NCBI GenBank assembly: GCA_009914755.4 | Contig: CP086569.2 | Location: 15,008,001 to 15,072,000 of the forward strand | Direction of reading: 5' to 3' | DNA: 64,000 nucleotides | Origin: the human T2T-CHM13v2.0 reference genome, Homo sapiens | Shown here: in pieces, positions 1 to 14,636 of the stretch | Layout: every line of letters starts with the position of its first letter | Numbering within the stretch: position 1 is the first letter of the stretch | The notes under the pieces: model-generated | The model's input: the letters and a program-made list of their open reading frames with translations, nothing else | Database searches by the model: none | Told to the model about the DNA's origin: nothing | Position numbers and translations under genes: made by a program

Positions 1-545
1 TTTCAAGGACATTGACTATTCACCAAAATTATTCCTTATCACTTTCTTAATGACATTGTCTAATTCCAATAAAGTGTCTCATTTCCTTGCACTAAGTAAT
101 AATTCACATATTAAAAATAAACACAAATACTACAGAGTAATAATAAAATCAAAAGTCTTGATAGATTTTCTAAAAAGAATTTGATTAGAAACTTCCAACA
201 ATAACTGTCTGAAACCTGTTTTGCATTATAAACTTTTCAGCATTTTATTCAAAGCAATTTTCTTTAATTAAAAACTTAACAGTGTAATCAAAAACACCTT
301 GATACAAAAATTCAATTTTCCTCTTACTTGGGGGGAGAAAGGGGCTTGTTTCAGTCTCATCAGGTTTGCCAGGGACAATCAGAATAAAAACTCTGAAATT
401 TAAGCTGTAGGATATTGCTCTACAGGTAAATATACACTATTTTTATAATCTAGGTTTTCTTATCACAGATACAATTACCAATAACATGAAAATCAGTAGG
501 AAAAATTTAAACTTCAGAAATTACCTCCACCTATACACTAGATTA

Positions 546-707
546 GGGTTTCTCAGCCTTGGTACTGCTGACAGTTGGGGCCATGACTTCTTAGTTTTTG
601 GGGGCAGTCCAGTGCATTCCAAGACATTTAAAATCATTTCTGGCCTCTACCCACCAGACACCAGCAGCACCACTCAGACGTGATAACCAAAAATGTCTGG
701 GTATAAT
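546..707 (-). mobile_element. MER5-type hAT-Charlie DNA transposon fragment (antisense)
   Basis: Reverse complement reads ...ggtgggtagaggccag..gatg...tgctgctggtgtctggtgg...caactgtcagcagtaccaaggctgagaaaccc. This matches the MER5A core and 3' terminus (..gtcaatagtgccgaggttgagaaaccctg) recalled from consensus. ORF 486..683 overlaps and is spurious. Confidence 0.55.
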
Positions 708-1827
708 ATCTTTCCATATGGATAACTACTAGACTAGATTAAGGGAATCTGTTTTATGTCAATTATACATTTGGGTACTTAAGTTTTTCTCCACTATTTT
801 AATATATTTCATTACCTCCATCTTTCTAAGCAAATAAGAGATTTAACTTAATATTGCAGATTAGAGCCAAGATGGCTGAATAGGAACAGCTCCGGTCTAC
901 AGTGTGAGTGACGCAGAAGACGGGTGATTTCTGCACTTCCATCTGAGGTACCGGGTTCATCTCATTAGGGAGTGCCAGACAGTGGGAGCAGGACAGTGGG
1001 TGCAGTGCACCATGCTTGAGCCGAAGCAGGGTGAGGAACTGCCTCACTCAGGAAGCACAAGGGGTCAGGAAGTTCCCTTTCTACTGCACTTTTCCAACGG
1101 GCTTAAAAAACGGCACACCAGGAGATTATATCCCACAACTGGCTCAGAGGGTCTTATGCCCATGGAGTATCGCTGATTGCTAGCACAGCAGTCTGAGATC
1201 AAACTGCAAGGCAGCAGCGAGGCTGGGGGAGAGGCACCCACCATTGCCCAGGCTTGCTTAGGTAAACAAAGCAGCCAGGAAGCTCGAACTGGTTGGAGCC
1301 CACCACAGCTCAAGGAAGCCTGCCTGCCTCTGTAGGCTCCACCTCTGGGGGCAGGGCATGGACAAACAAAAAGACAGCTGTAACCTCTGCAGACTTAAAT
1401 GTCCCTGTCTGACAGCTTTGAAGAGAGCAGTGGTTCTCCCAGCATGCAGCTGGAGATCTGAGAATGGGCAGAATGCCTTCTCAAGTGGGTCCCTGACCCC
1501 TGATCCCCGAGCAGCCTAACTGGGAGGCACCCCCCAGTAGAGGCAGACTGACACCTCACACGGTTGGGTACTCCTCTGAGACAAAACTTCCAGAGGAACG
1601 ATCAGACAGCAGCATTCACGGTTCACAAAAATCTGCTGTTCTGCAGCCACCGCTGCTGATACCCAGGCAAATAGGGTCAGGAGTGGACCTCTAGCAAACT
1701 CCAACAGACCTGCAGCTGAGGGTCCTATCTGTTAGAAGGAAAACTAACAAACAGGAAGGACATCCACACCAAAAACCCATCTGTACATCACCATGGTCAA
1801 AGGCCAAAAGTAGATAAAACCACAAAG

Positions 1828-2843
1828 ATGGGGAAAAAACAGAGCAGAAAAACTGGAAACTCTAAAAAGCAGAGTGCCTCTCCTCCTGCAAAGGAACACA
1901 GCTCCTCACCAGCAATGGAACAAAGCTGGATGGAGAATGACTTTGATGAGTTGAGAGAAGAAGGCTTCAGACGATCAAACTACTCCAAGCTACAGGAGGA
2001 AATTCAAACCACAGGCAAATAAGTTGAAAACTTTGAAAAAAATTTAGACAAATATATAACTAGAATAACTAATACAGAGAAGTGCTTAAAGGAGCTGATG
2101 GAGCTGAAAGCTAAGGCTCGAGAACTACAGGAAGAATGCAGAAGCCTCAGGAGCCGATGTGATCAACTGGAAGAAAGGGTATCAGTGATGGAAGAGGAAA
2201 TGAATGAAATGAAGTGAGAAGGGAAGTATAGAGAAAAAAAGAATAAAAAGAAACGAACAAAGCCTCCAAGAAATATGGGACTATGTGAAAAGACCAAATC
2301 TACGTCTGATTGGTGTACTGGAAAGTGATGGGGAGAATGGAACCAAGTTGGAAAACACTCTGCAGGATATTATCCAGGAGAACTTCCCCAATCTAGCAAG
2401 GCAGGCCAACATTCAGATTCAGGAAATACAGAGAATGCCACAAAGACACTCCTCGAGAAGAGAAACTCCAAGACACATAATTGTCAGATTCACCAAAGTT
2501 GAAATGAAGGAAAAAATGTTAAGGGCAGTCAGAGAGAAAGGTTGGGATACCCACAAAGGGAAGCCCATCAGACTAACAGCGGATCTCTCGGCAGAAACTA
2601 CAAGCCAGAAGAGAGTGGGGGCCAATATTCAACATTCTTAAAGAAAATAATTTTCAACCCAGAATTTCATATCCAGCCAAACTAAGCTTCATAAGTGAAG
2701 GAGAAATAAAATCCTTTACAGAGAAGCAAATGCTGAGAGATTTTGTCACCACCAGGCCTGCCCTAAAAGAGTTCCTGAAGGAAGCACTAAACATGGAAAG
2801 GAACAACTGGTACCAGCTGCTGAAACATCCTGCCAAATTGTAA
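1828..2843 (+). pseudogene. L1 ORF1p remnant (coiled-coil/RRM/CTD); premature stop at 2023 and a frameshift (extra A) near 2232
   Basis: Translation in two frames matches L1 ORF1p nearly end to end (…NEMK*EGKYREKK…, then MKRPNLRLIGVLESDGENGTKLENTLQDIIQENFPNLARQANIQIQEIQR...IRLTADLSAET). Six-frame ORFs 1828..2022 and 2285..2641 are its pieces. Confidence 0.85.
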
Positions 2844-2906
2844 AGACCATCAAGGCTAGGAAGAAACTGCATCAACTAACAAGCAAAATAACCAGCTAAC
2901 ATCATA

Positions 2907-3791
<885 letters not shown>

Positions 3792-4659
3792 TAACCTTTT
3801 TAATCAGGTAATCAAATACATATGTGCACATATTTACTTATATTTATATTACCTGTAATATTTTTGAGGTTTTTATTCCATTTATTTGTTAAAATTCTCA
3901 TGGTACAATTAAATATTTCCACAGTCACCAATGGATCACATTCTGCAGTTTGAAAACATTCTAATGCAAACTTGAACAACACAGACACTGAAATTCTAAA
4001 CTTGTGTTTAAAAGACTTTACAAAAAATATAGCATCTAAAAATAATTAGTACTGTATTTGAAATAATATCCTTTTCTTTCTCCTCTTAACTTTGTCTTAG
4101 ATACATTTTTTAAAACTTTATGACTACTGAGTATCTCATAGAAATAATTTCTACTCTAAAGTATGATTTTTTTTTTCTATTTATATTGTGTTTAACTATG
4201 TGACATACGAGTGCTAGGGCTAAAAAACCATTAGTTTATATATTTCGCCTATATAAAGCCACTAAAATGGTGATAGTAATTTCATGATGAAATTTTTTAA
4301 TCAACTGGTTATATAAACCAAAATGTATTCTTATTTTTTAGCCACATTGTGGACATTCAGATAAAGAAAATATACCTGTAAGTATGCAAAAACTTTATAT
4401 CTAATGTAGGTCACCATCATGTTGCAAAAATAAACATAAAATCAATTGGCTAAACTTGTCCTTGAACATTTAGTATCCCGGACTAATAGTATGGAAATGT
4501 GCAATTTATTTTATTTTCATTTGTTGTTTTTATTTTACATACAATAATACACAATATCTTGTATTTTAAATTGTGTTTGACAATGTCTTCACTATCTGTC
4601 AGTGAAATATAATTAACTTACAGTGAAAAAAAGAATGCATATTGAGTTAGAATTTGCTG

Positions 4660-4830
4660 TCAACATTTTAAAATATTTAAAATATTTTAAATGTTTTAAA
4701 AATATATTAATTTAAAATATTTTAAACTTTTTGTGATTTAAAAATATTTAAATTTAAAATTTAAAATATTGCCAACATTTTAAATGTTTTAAAAATATTT
4801 AAATTTAAAATTTTTAAAAATGTTTTAAAG
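4660..4830. repeat. AT-rich degenerate tandem/low-complexity repeat (TTTAAAATAT-like units, about 110-bp higher-order repeat)
   Basis: Seen directly: repeated tttaaaatatttaaaatattttaaatgttttaaaaata... The block starting caacattttaaa recurs at about 4661 and about 4772. Confidence 0.7.
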
Positions 4831-5529
4831 ATCTTTCTACAATTTATATTCTATATTGATCTATCATATTTGCTTAGTTGCTACAATTCACTGGTTGGCC
4901 TCCATATCATCTTAAACAGTGCCATTAAATTATTGACTATAGCTGGGAAGATTGAGAGGGTACCAACTTAGTTTTAATTTACATTTTAAAATATCAGTGA
5001 TTTGCAAAATATTTCTATGGATTAGAAAGATCAGAAAGAAGGTATTTAATCATTACTTTCTGGTCTATTCCATAAATATTTATTGTGAATTTGCTTTGTG
5101 CCAGGCAGAATTTGTACTGGATAGTTGATGTGTAGGTGTGAACAAATAAAGCAGGTTCATGACTTCATGGAATATTTGTTGTACTGGGTGAGAAAGCAGT
5201 AACAAGTAAATGAGTCAATAAACAAGGTTCAAAGTGGGAATTTCATTAAATTACAAAAATAAATACAATAGAATAGTCTATTGTGCTATAGACTGATGGG
5301 GAAGATAGCCTCATAAAAAGCAAAGCAGGATTAGTGCCACCCTCCCTCCCAATGGTATCCTTGCATTAATTCAAATAATGATTTTATTTCCTCAAGAGGT
5401 TTATTGCCATTTGCTGGGAAGTTACTCTATTTTTGCTATTGTAATGCACATCTTCAACGACTTTGATATGAATAACACCTGCTCAATCATAAGCAGCTAC
5501 CTTTTTTCTTAATTTTTAAATAAGTTTTA

Positions 5530-5843
5530 GAAACAAGGCCTTGTTCTGTTACTGAAGCTGGAGTGCAGTGGCACTATGCAGTGAATGCATAGCTCATTGT
5601 AACCTTGAATTCCTGAGCTCAAGTGATTCTCCTGCCTCAACCTTCTGAGTGTCTGGGCTTAGAGGGACATGCCACTACACCCAGCTAATTTAATTTTTAA
5701 TTTTTTTAACTTTTATTTTTTGTAGAGACATGGTCTTGCTGTGTTTCCCAGGTTGGTCTTGAACTCCTGGAAGAATTAAAGGGATCCTCCCACCTTGGCC
5801 TTCCAAAGTGCTGAGATTACAGACATGTGCCATGGCTTGGCTG
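5530..5843 (-). mobile_element. Alu SINE (older, AluJ/S-like), antisense
   Basis: Antisense Alu hallmarks: gctggagtgcagtggc...cctcaaccttctgagtg..gggcttagag...tttttgtagagacatggtcttgctgtgtttcccaggttggtcttgaactcctgg...ccaaagtgctgagattacagacatgtgccatgg. Confidence 0.9.
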
Positions 5844-7318
5844 CTGTTTTGAAGACATTGTTAGAGATATTAGCTCACAGTCATTTTGTCTTGTCTGGTA
5901 GTGGAGGTGCTATAGGGACTGATCTCTAGAAGATTTTCCTTTTGGATTAGTTTAATAAGCTTTTGGCACAAATAATGTAGAATCACAGATAATAAAATTC
6001 ATAATAAATTTTAAATGTATTTTTTGATGTTGTTTGTGAGGATTGTTTGTAATACTCTGGGTGCCATATCAGAGAGATTGACACTATCCCCATACATTTC
6101 TTTTGTAGACAACACACCGCCCTTTTCTGTTTGTATTCAGTCAAAGCAGACTGCCCTTTTGAAAATGCTCATCTTTCAATGTGCATGATAGATTAATAAA
6201 ATAGCTATACTCAAGAATAAAAAGAAGTTTCAATAAAATACCATTCAAAAACTTACAATCAAATGGCTAGGCTTATTCTGGGTCATAAAAAGTGGGAACA
6301 TTCCCATTAAATCAGGGATAAGGCTTGAGTGCCTGACATCCCTGCTATTCCACACAACTGTTCTGCAAGACTTAGAAAATGGAGCAAAAAAGAAAAAGAA
6401 AAACTAATAAAATAAAAAATAGTGGAATCATTACTGTTAGTCCAAACTGCACCATTTTGTAAGTTCCTCGCTATTTTGCAAACCTTGCAAGAATGTGAGT
6501 CCAAACTGCACTTTTATGTAAAAGCTCCCCACTATGGTGCAGACCTTGGTTAAAGTGAAACATTTCACAGGGATTCTAAGCTTTGTAACAGCTTAGAACA
6601 CACATCCTCACACCCTCTAGCAAATACCTCATTTTGCTTAATTCTCCAGTTTTCCCGCATATCCTGCCCTTTAAACTGCACCAATTAATTTACACTCTTT
6701 GAAGCCTAAAAGCTTGTGCACCACTAATTTTTTTCCCACAAGTATAAAAACATCATTTCCATTCTTGGAACATCCCATGGAAAAGTAATCAAAGCCAAAC
6801 AACTGGTTTAACTACATGTATTGCATTTTTCCATTGACGAGGGATCTTGACATTCTGTAGAATTTTTGCAGTTTATGAACCACGAATCAGTCACAGTATC
6901 TAATATATTTCTTACTTACTTCTCTACAACCTTGCCTACAATGGCTATTATATGAATTTCTAACCCAGTAAACAAATAATGTGAAGAATTAATATTATTT
7001 GTGAAGTTCACTTATTCAAGGTCAATAAAATTCCATTTAGTATGCAGCTTAAGAACTCATGAAGATTTACATACGTTATCTAGTCACATCCATTATCTAG
7101 TCAAATAGAGAGTGAGCAGATTTATTTTTATTATATTTGTATTCACGTATTCAAGAAGTATTGAAGTTGCTAGGGTCTGCATGTGTTAAATAAGACGAAC
7201 AAGGTTCTCATGGAGTTTACATTTTCTGAGTGGTGAGGGTAGGAAGATTTCAGAGGATATAAAATATGAGAAAAGGGAAAAAATCTTAATGGCAGAATTA
7301 TAAGAAAAAATTCTAACA

Positions 7319-7536
7319 TAGTGGTTCTCAAATGGGGCAGTGTCACTCCCTGGGGGATATTTGACAATGTCTGTAGTCATTTTTGGTTTTTATACCTGAA
7401 AGCAGACTACCACCAGCTTCCAGTGGGTAGTAGAGACCAGGGATGCTTCTAAGCATCCTCCAATTCACAGGTTAGCTCCCACCACAAAGAATTATCCAGA
7501 GACAAATGTCAGTAGTGCTGAAGGGGAGAAACTCTG
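7319..7536 (+). mobile_element. MER5A hAT-Charlie nonautonomous DNA transposon
   Basis: tagtggttctcaaatggggcag...gggggatatttgacaatgtctgtagtcatttttggtt...ccagtgggtagtagagaccagggatgcttctaagcatcctccaattcacagg...cacaaagaattatccag...aatgtcagtagtgctgaaggggagaaactctg matches the MER5A consensus from the 5' TIR (CAGTGGTTCTCAA) to the 3' TIR. Confidence 0.7.
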
Positions 7537-7570
7537 CTTTCACACTTGACTTCCATAAATGATGTCTCTC

Positions 7571-7715
7571 TTTTTGTTTTTATTTTTATTTTTATTTTAA
7601 GTTCTTGTGTACATATACATGATGTGCAGGTTTGTTACACAGGCAATCATGTGCCATGGTGGTTTGCTGCACCTATCAACCCATCACCTAGGTATTAAGC
7701 CCCTCTCACGCATGC
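7571..7715 (-). mobile_element. Short L1 3'-end fragment (antisense) with poly-T (antisense poly-A)
   Basis: ttttgtttttatttttatttttatttt followed by taagttcttgtgtacatatacatgatgtgcaggtttgttacacagg..catgtgccatggtggtttgctgcacc. This is antisense of the L1 3' end (...gtgcagcacaccaacatggcacatgtatacatatgtaacaaacctgcac...gtacacctagaacttaaa). Confidence 0.65.
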
Positions 7716-8999
7716 AATATAGATAGTATCACTGCTTTGTTATTTACACTATTCAACTTGAATTTAACAAATACTGTTCAAATGATTCCTTGAAAAGAAT
7801 TATTTTTATTTTATGTTGCTTTCTAGATTTATAAATAAAAACAATATTTATAAGTTTAATTTAAAGAGGCTAAAATAAGCCACATTTTAAAATGTGTAGT
7901 TTAATACATCGACATTAAGTTCAAATCAGTAGTGTTTGCAGAAGCACTTTGAATGTAAAGTAAATATTAGTATTTCAACCAAGGAATGTGCATGCCAGTA
8001 TGTTTTCTTTTTGTCTAGTTTTCTCTCTTTTTAAAATTTGGACTGGATCATCTCATCAAATTCCTGTCAAAATTAATATACATTGAATGATAACAACTGC
8101 ATTTAGTATTGTGGTTGTTATTTGAATTGTTTTAATCATCCTAGGAAAGATTATTAAGAAGACTTTCTATTTTTGTAACAATATGAAACTGGTTTTAATT
8201 TGACTTAGTTTCATCTTTATAGAAATCATATAAAAAATGAGTGTTTCAATCTTTACCTAATTCATATGACTTAAGGAAGTTAAAAATAAGATAAAATAAA
8301 ACAAAAACCTCTAAGATGAAACAAAATTTGATTTCCTCAAATATTTGATACTAAAATATGTCAAGGACAAAATTTGAAAGCACTTGTCAATTAAGATAAA
8401 ATGTCAGTGGAGCTATTCCCATCATGAATATTTATAAGGGGAATGATAAAGAATCCACATGTATTTGAAATGCACTCACAACATGTTTTTTGAAGTACAA
8501 AGATACCAAATTGTTTAGCAAAACTCTGACATCCTTTTTTTTTGGTCATTGACAGAACAAGTCAGCATAAATAAATAAAAATGTAGAGAATTTGAGCAAT
8601 GTGACCAATAATGTTGGTTAATAGATGCAAATTAATCAAAGTGCTCTTTTGGTTTTAGCAAGTGTATACATGTTGGTTCACCATAAAGGAACATGTTAGG
8701 CAATAAATGAAATATACTAAACTTAAAAAAATAATAAAAATTTTGAAAATATTCTTTCACCTGAACAAATGAAAATAAACACACAGGCATAATTTGATAA
8801 TGTTATTGTAACAATAATGTTCCTGCTCCCACCAAAGCAGCAGCAAACTGACAACTGGGAAATTAGCCTCACTCACCCAAATAAGAGGACATTAAGCACC
8901 CTCAGAGAGGAAACACAGAGCCTATTAAACTTTGCCTCTCTCCTTCTTCCCTATCATACTACCCCCAGCCAGTTCCTTCAAAAACACTTATCTGAAATA

Positions 9000-10140
9000 T
9001 CTTTTAAAATTTCTAGAGTAGTTTTAGGTTTACAGGTAAGTTGAACAGAAAATAGAGTTCCCTATACCTCCTGCCCTGACACATGCACAGTCACCCCAGC
9101 ATTGCCACATTATTATCATCTAAAGTCCATACTTTAGATTAGGGTTCACTCTTGGTGTTGTACAATCTATGAGTCTTGACAAATGCATAATGGAATGCCT
9201 CCACTAACATTATAGGACCATACCAAAGAGTTTCATGGCCCTAAAAATCCTCTGTGCTCTAGCTATTGATCCCTTCCTCCCCACTAACCTTTGGCATGTA
9301 TTGATCTTTTTACCACTGTCTCCATGGTTCTGTACCACGAAGTTTCATAGAGTTGGAATTTCATAGAGTTGGAATCACATTGTATGCAGCCTTTTCAGTA
9401 TTGGCTTCTTCAGATCGGTTTATTTCACTGAGTAATATGCATTTGACATTTCTACATGACTTTTTATAACTTGATAGCTGATTATTTTAAAGCAGTGAAT
9501 AATATTCTGCTTTCTGAATGTTCGGCAGCTTATTTATCCATTCATCTCCTGAAGGATATCTTGGTTGCTTTCAAGTTTGACAATGATGACTAAAGCCACT
9601 ATAATCATCTGAATGCAGGATTTTGTGTAGACATGTTTTCAGTTCATTTGGATGAATACTTAGGAGTGTGGTTGCTGAATCTCATGGTTAGAGTATGCCT
9701 AGTTTTGTAAGAAGCTGTCAAACTTTCTTCTAAAGTGATCATACCATTCTGCATTTCCATGATCAATCGCTAAATAAGGGTTTTTGTTGCTTCACGTCCT
9801 TGTTAGCATTTGATGTTGAATTGTTTTGGATTTTCACCATTGTAGGTGTGTATGCTATCTTGTTGTTTTAATTTGCAACTCCTGAATGATATATGATGTT
9901 GAGCATCTTTTTATATACTTCTTTCATATAACATCTGTATCTCATCTTTGTTGAGGTATCTATTAAGGGCCTTTCTCCATTTTTTAAGAAAGTTGTCTAT
10001 TTTCTTCTTGTTTAATTTCAAGACATTTTTAATATATTGTAGATAGCAGACCTTTATCAAGTATGTATTTTGCAAATATTTTCTTCCAGTCTGCTGTTTG
10101 TATTCTCGTTCTATCCATAATGTATTTTGCAGAGCAGAAT
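9000..10140 (-). mobile_element. Old L1 (L1M/L1PB-like) ORF2 3'-portion, antisense, part 1
   Basis: Antisense L1 hallmarks: agagtagttttaggtttacagg..., catctttgttgaggtatctatt, tttgcaaatattttcttccagtctg..., ttttgcagagcagaatttttta. Heavily diverged; subfamily not assigned. Confidence 0.6.
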
Positions 10141-10456
10141 TTTTTTAAATTTTTTCTTTTTTTCCTTTTTTTTTGCAGATGGGGTCTTACTCTCTCAGGC
10201 AGACTTGAGTGCAGTGTTATGATCTCAGCTCACTGCAACCTCCCCCTCCCTGGTTAAAGCGATTCTTCTGCCTCAGCCTCTCAAGTAGCTGGGAATAGAG
10301 GCACATGCCACCATGCCTGGCAAATTTTGGTATTTTAGTAGAATTGGGGTATCACCATATTGAGCAGGCTGGTCTCAAGCACCTGACATTGAGATCTGCC
10401 TGCCTTGGCCTCCAAAAGTGCTGGGATAACAGGTATAAGCCACTGCACCCGGCTGC
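10141..10456 (-). mobile_element. Alu SINE inserted into the old L1, antisense
   Basis: Poly-T, then gcagatggggtcttactctctcaggcagacttgagtgcagtg...gcctcagcctctcaagtagctgggaatagaggcacatgccaccatgcctggc...cctccaaaagtgctgggataacaggtataagccactgcacccggctg. Confidence 0.9.
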
Positions 10457-10960
10457 AATTTTTTAATTTTAGTGAAGTCTCGTTCATCAATTTTTTCTTT
10501 AATGGGTCATGCCTTTGGTGTTGTATCTAAAAAGTCATAGTTAAACTCAAGTAGTTTAGATTTTCTCCAGTGTTATTTTCTAGGAGCTTGATAGTACCTA
10601 GGCCTGTGATCTGTTTTGAATTGATTTCTGGAAGAGTATAAGGTGTGTATCTAGATTTGCTTTTCACATGTGGATGATCAATTATTTGTTCCAGCTCCAT
10701 TTGTTGAAAGACCATCTTTTCTCCATTGCATTGCCTTTGCTACTTTGTCAAAGATAATTTGTCTATGTTTATGGGGGTCAATTTCTAAAGATCTCTATAT
10801 TGTTTTCTTCACTGATTTGTCTATTCTTTTGCCAATATCACACTGTCTTAATTGTAAAGCATTTTCTTACTCATGTATTTATTTATATTTTGACCATTTC
10901 TACAATCTTATCTATGTATTTTGTTCAGTGCATCAAAAAGTAAATATGCTTAAATAAATA
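10457..10960 (-). mobile_element. Old L1 (same element as 9000-10140), antisense, part 2
   Basis: Continues the antisense L1 ORF2 pattern: ...tcatgcctttggtgttgtatctaaaaagtcat..., ccagctccatttgttgaaagaccatcttttctccattgcattgcctttgctactttgtcaaagataatttg... Confidence 0.55.
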
Positions 10961-12484
10961 ATTATAGTTAAAGAGGAAAAGAAAGTACCAACTATGTTCA
11001 TTAGGAACCATGTTGATAATGGAGCATGATTGGCAAACAAGACATTGGCACTTGGTGGCATTAATAATCAGAAATCACTAAATATTGAAGTGTATAGAAT
11101 ACAGTTAATATGTATTTAGAGGAAAGTTCATATTCATAAGAGTTTTCCACATGAAACAAATAAATAAAAATATATTCTCTAAACTTACTTTGTTACAAAT
11201 AGGAAACAAAAACTGGACAAAGCTGAAAAGCACAATGAACTAAGTATCAATAAATGTGGGAATTAATGAGTTAGAATAAAATCTGAATCTTTAAAAGAAA
11301 ACCATAAATGACAAGTTAAGATAAATGTGACAGCTGAATATATAACCTATTTCTCTGCTCCTGACACAAGAAAGAAAAATTAAACAAGGAAAATGTAAGA
11401 AAATAATAAAGATCATTATATATTATGCGGTGTGGCATAAACTATTTTTATTGAATAGCTGATTTTTCACAATTCAGTTCCTCTAATGCCAAATTCTCCT
11501 AAGGCAAGTTATTACTTTTTCATATTCTCAGTTTGCCAAATTTGCCAAAAACATGTTTAAGGAATTCATCTTAAATATAGTGAATGAATTTGAGTTATTT
11601 TTCCTCACTAAGTCTTTCCTAATGAAGGGTTCTTATCCAAACCACACAATATAAAAATTATTTTAATCTTCTTTTTTTACAACTAGTAGTGGCAGGTGCA
11701 CAGAAGAAAGGTCATTGCTGTAGGGATTAATTCTCTCAAACAACCTGTGTTGAGAGGAGCTACATGGACTTAATCACTTTTTGTGGGTATATTCTTCTTC
11801 CATATCATTGAATAATAAATATTTAACTCTAAAATTTTCAAATAAATTCATATTAAAACAATAGAATTTTTTATCTATGATATAGTGGTATTAGACTATC
11901 AAGTATTATTAATCATATCAGCTATTATACTTTAGGGAGGGTTTTTTTTTAAAACCTATTAAATCCTTTAATCAACCAAGAGTACTCCAAAACATGTAAG
12001 AAATTGTCAGATAAATACACAAAGTGCATACCACGGGACTGATAAACAAATTACAATAATAGAAATCAAAACATGGCAACTGACACAGTTGTGAATTTCT
12101 TGAGGTGGTAAATACTTACAATCCTCTCATCATCCTTGTAAGGCAGATGTGACAATCTCTGCTTTGCACAGGAAATATTTGAGAATAAAGATTATTAGAG
12201 TGGATAAGAAATACTCTATATTTAATCTCACTAAGCAATGGCAGAGTAAGAATTTGAATCCTAATCTCTGTAACTCCATCCAAACCTTCATTACTTTCCA
12301 TACTGTCAGACTAAGAATAAGTCAAGGATATAATAAAAAATGTCACATAAGATCATTTTAAATACAAACAGGCAGAGTCTGTACATAAATGCACAGAAGC
12401 ATCTTTACAGAGAGTTTTGAGTATGCAGAGACTAATTGTCCACCAACAGATGAATGAATAAAGCAAATGTGACACTGATTCACA

Positions 12485-13010
12485 ATACAGTACTATTTGG
12501 CTATAAAAGAGAATAAGATCCTGTCATTTGCAACAATATGGATGGAACTGGCAATCATTATGTTAAATGAAATAAGTCAGGTACAGAAAGACAAACATCA
12601 CATGTTCTTATTTATTTGTGGGATCTAAAAACTAAAACAGTTGAACTCATGGAGACAAGGAGTAGAAGGATGGTTACTAGAGGCTGGGAAAGGTAGTTCA
12701 GGGGTAGAGGAGATGAAGATAGTTAATGGATATCAAAAAAATAGGAAGAATGAATAAGACCTAGTATTTGATAGCACAACAGAGTGACTACAGAACATAA
12801 TAATTTAATTGTGCATTTTAAGATAACCAAAAGAATACAATTGGATCATTTATAACACAAAGGAAAAATGCTTGAGGAAATGGATACCTTATTTTCCATA
12901 ATGTGATTATGATGTATTGCATGCTTATAGCAAAATATCTCATGTACCCCATAAATACATACATGTGTCCACAAAAATTTAAAATGTATTAAAAAATAAA
13001 ATAATCAATA
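12485..13010 (+). mobile_element. Old L1 (L1PB/L1MA-like) 3' end, sense
   Basis: tactatttggctataaaagagaataagatcctgtcatttgcaacaatatggatggaactgg...aagtcaggtacagaaagacaaacatcacatgttcttatttatttgtgggatctaaaaactaaaacagttgaactcatggagacaaggagtagaaggatggttactagaggctggg... is the characteristic old-L1 3' terminal region. It ends in an A-rich tail at about 12990-13010. Confidence 0.65.
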
Positions 13011-14079
13011 TAATATTTTAAAATATGCACAGGTTGTCTCTAATGACTAGTTCTGCCATTTCTTACAGATCAGTCTAATTTTTCTTGTTATATGTTAGCT
13101 TTATATATATATATTTATATATCATAAAAAGAGAAAACTAAAATACATAATACCAGAAAATTAAATCAATGTGTAATTAAATCTTTAAATCAATATGTAG
13201 ACAAAACTGTATAAAATATAACAAGGAGGCAAAAAAAGAAATTAAAAATTTAGGCATGAGAAATTGAATAGGACAGAGAAAAGATATTAAACAATTTTAA
13301 GGCAACACTATGTGCAAATCCCCAAAGACAAATTAGAAAATATTAGAGAAATATCATTAGAAAATATAAATTATCAAAATTACACCTATAGTTAAAGTTG
13401 GAATGTGTATAAATCAATAAAGAAAAAAATGGAAAGGCAAAACAAAAAAAAAAGGAAATTACATTCGAGAGTCTGGGATCACACAGAGTACATTGTAACT
13501 CAAATAAAAAAATAAAATCAATTTATGCCTTGCATATGCACACACATACACAGTGGGAACCCATTGTATTGTCAGACTCTTGATCTGATGAATACAGAGT
13601 GGAAAGGCATAGTACATTTCAGTGCATTTAACTCTTGCACCTTGCTTTTAACTCTTTTTCAGAAAGCTAAAATGTAGAACAGATACAAAGGGAGCTGTTC
13701 TATTTGGAAAGGAGAATTGTGGGTGGGAGAGAAGGCAGGACAGCAAGTGGAACATCACCTACTGTTCTCAGTTGCTTGGCAGAACCTCAACCCTCATTAA
13801 ATCCACTTCATTGCCTCTTCCACAACTGCACCTGAACAGCCATATATAGCTGGAGAAAAACTCACAACCCAGTGGATCAGTCTCTTTAAAGACAATATCA
13901 TTATTTTCAAGGGGGCTTTCCTGAGCTTATTTACTTCCCTAAATACCCAAAGCATTCAGTCATCAAAATTGATTTCATGCTGGAACCACCTAGGTAGTTT
14001 TAAAAGACACTGACGCTGGGGTCGCAATCCCCAAAAAAATTCTTAGGAAATTGGTCTTGGGTGTGGCCCGGGCATGCCA

Positions 14080-14270
14080 ATTATTAAAATAGTTCTGATT
14101 AATTCCAGAGGCAAATTTGAGAGAAGCTTACTTAGAAATCACTTGGAGATGTTACTGAAATACAGATTTTGACTTTTTTGATGTGGGGCAATTCTTCATT
14201 TCTAACAAGCTTCAAGTCACACCGATGTTGCTGGTCTATAGACCACATTCTGAATAGCAGGGACCTAGAG
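14080..14270. mobile_element. Possible ancient hAT-type DNA transposon fragment
   Basis: gggcaattcttcatttctaacaagcttcaagtcacaccgatgttgctggtctatagaccacattctgaatagcaggg resembles the gagaatctgcatttctaacaagttcccaggtgatgctgatgctgctggtc...accacactttgagaaccactg end found in Charlie/MER elements. Weak. Confidence 0.3.
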
Positions 14271-14636
14271 TCTTATTTCTCACCTTCTCCTGTCTCCTCA
14301 GAAATGTCCAATAGTCCTTCTGTCTTCCATTCTCACTCTAAGTGCATGACCTTGGTTCCCATTTTACTAGGAAAATCCAAGCCCATCAGTAGGGAGATTT
14401 TACAAGCTCTGACCTCCACCCTACCCACCTACAAGCCCATCATGCCCACATACTCTGCCTTCACTCCTGTGACTTCAAACCACCTTTGTTCCTATCTAAT
14501 GAAAGCACCCATCTTTTACAGCAGAGTGGACCTCTCTATCTCTTTGACAAATCTCCCTCTCTCTGTCATCACCTCATCACCAAGGATGAGACTACTACAT
14601 TCAGAAGCATGCTAGAACCCTATAATCCTAACAGAA

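Noticed and set aside
6420-6545. Short local direct repeat (tccaaactgcac... twice, about 60 bp apart)
   Set aside because: Only about 12-14 bp of clear identity with divergent continuation; too weak to call a tandem duplication.
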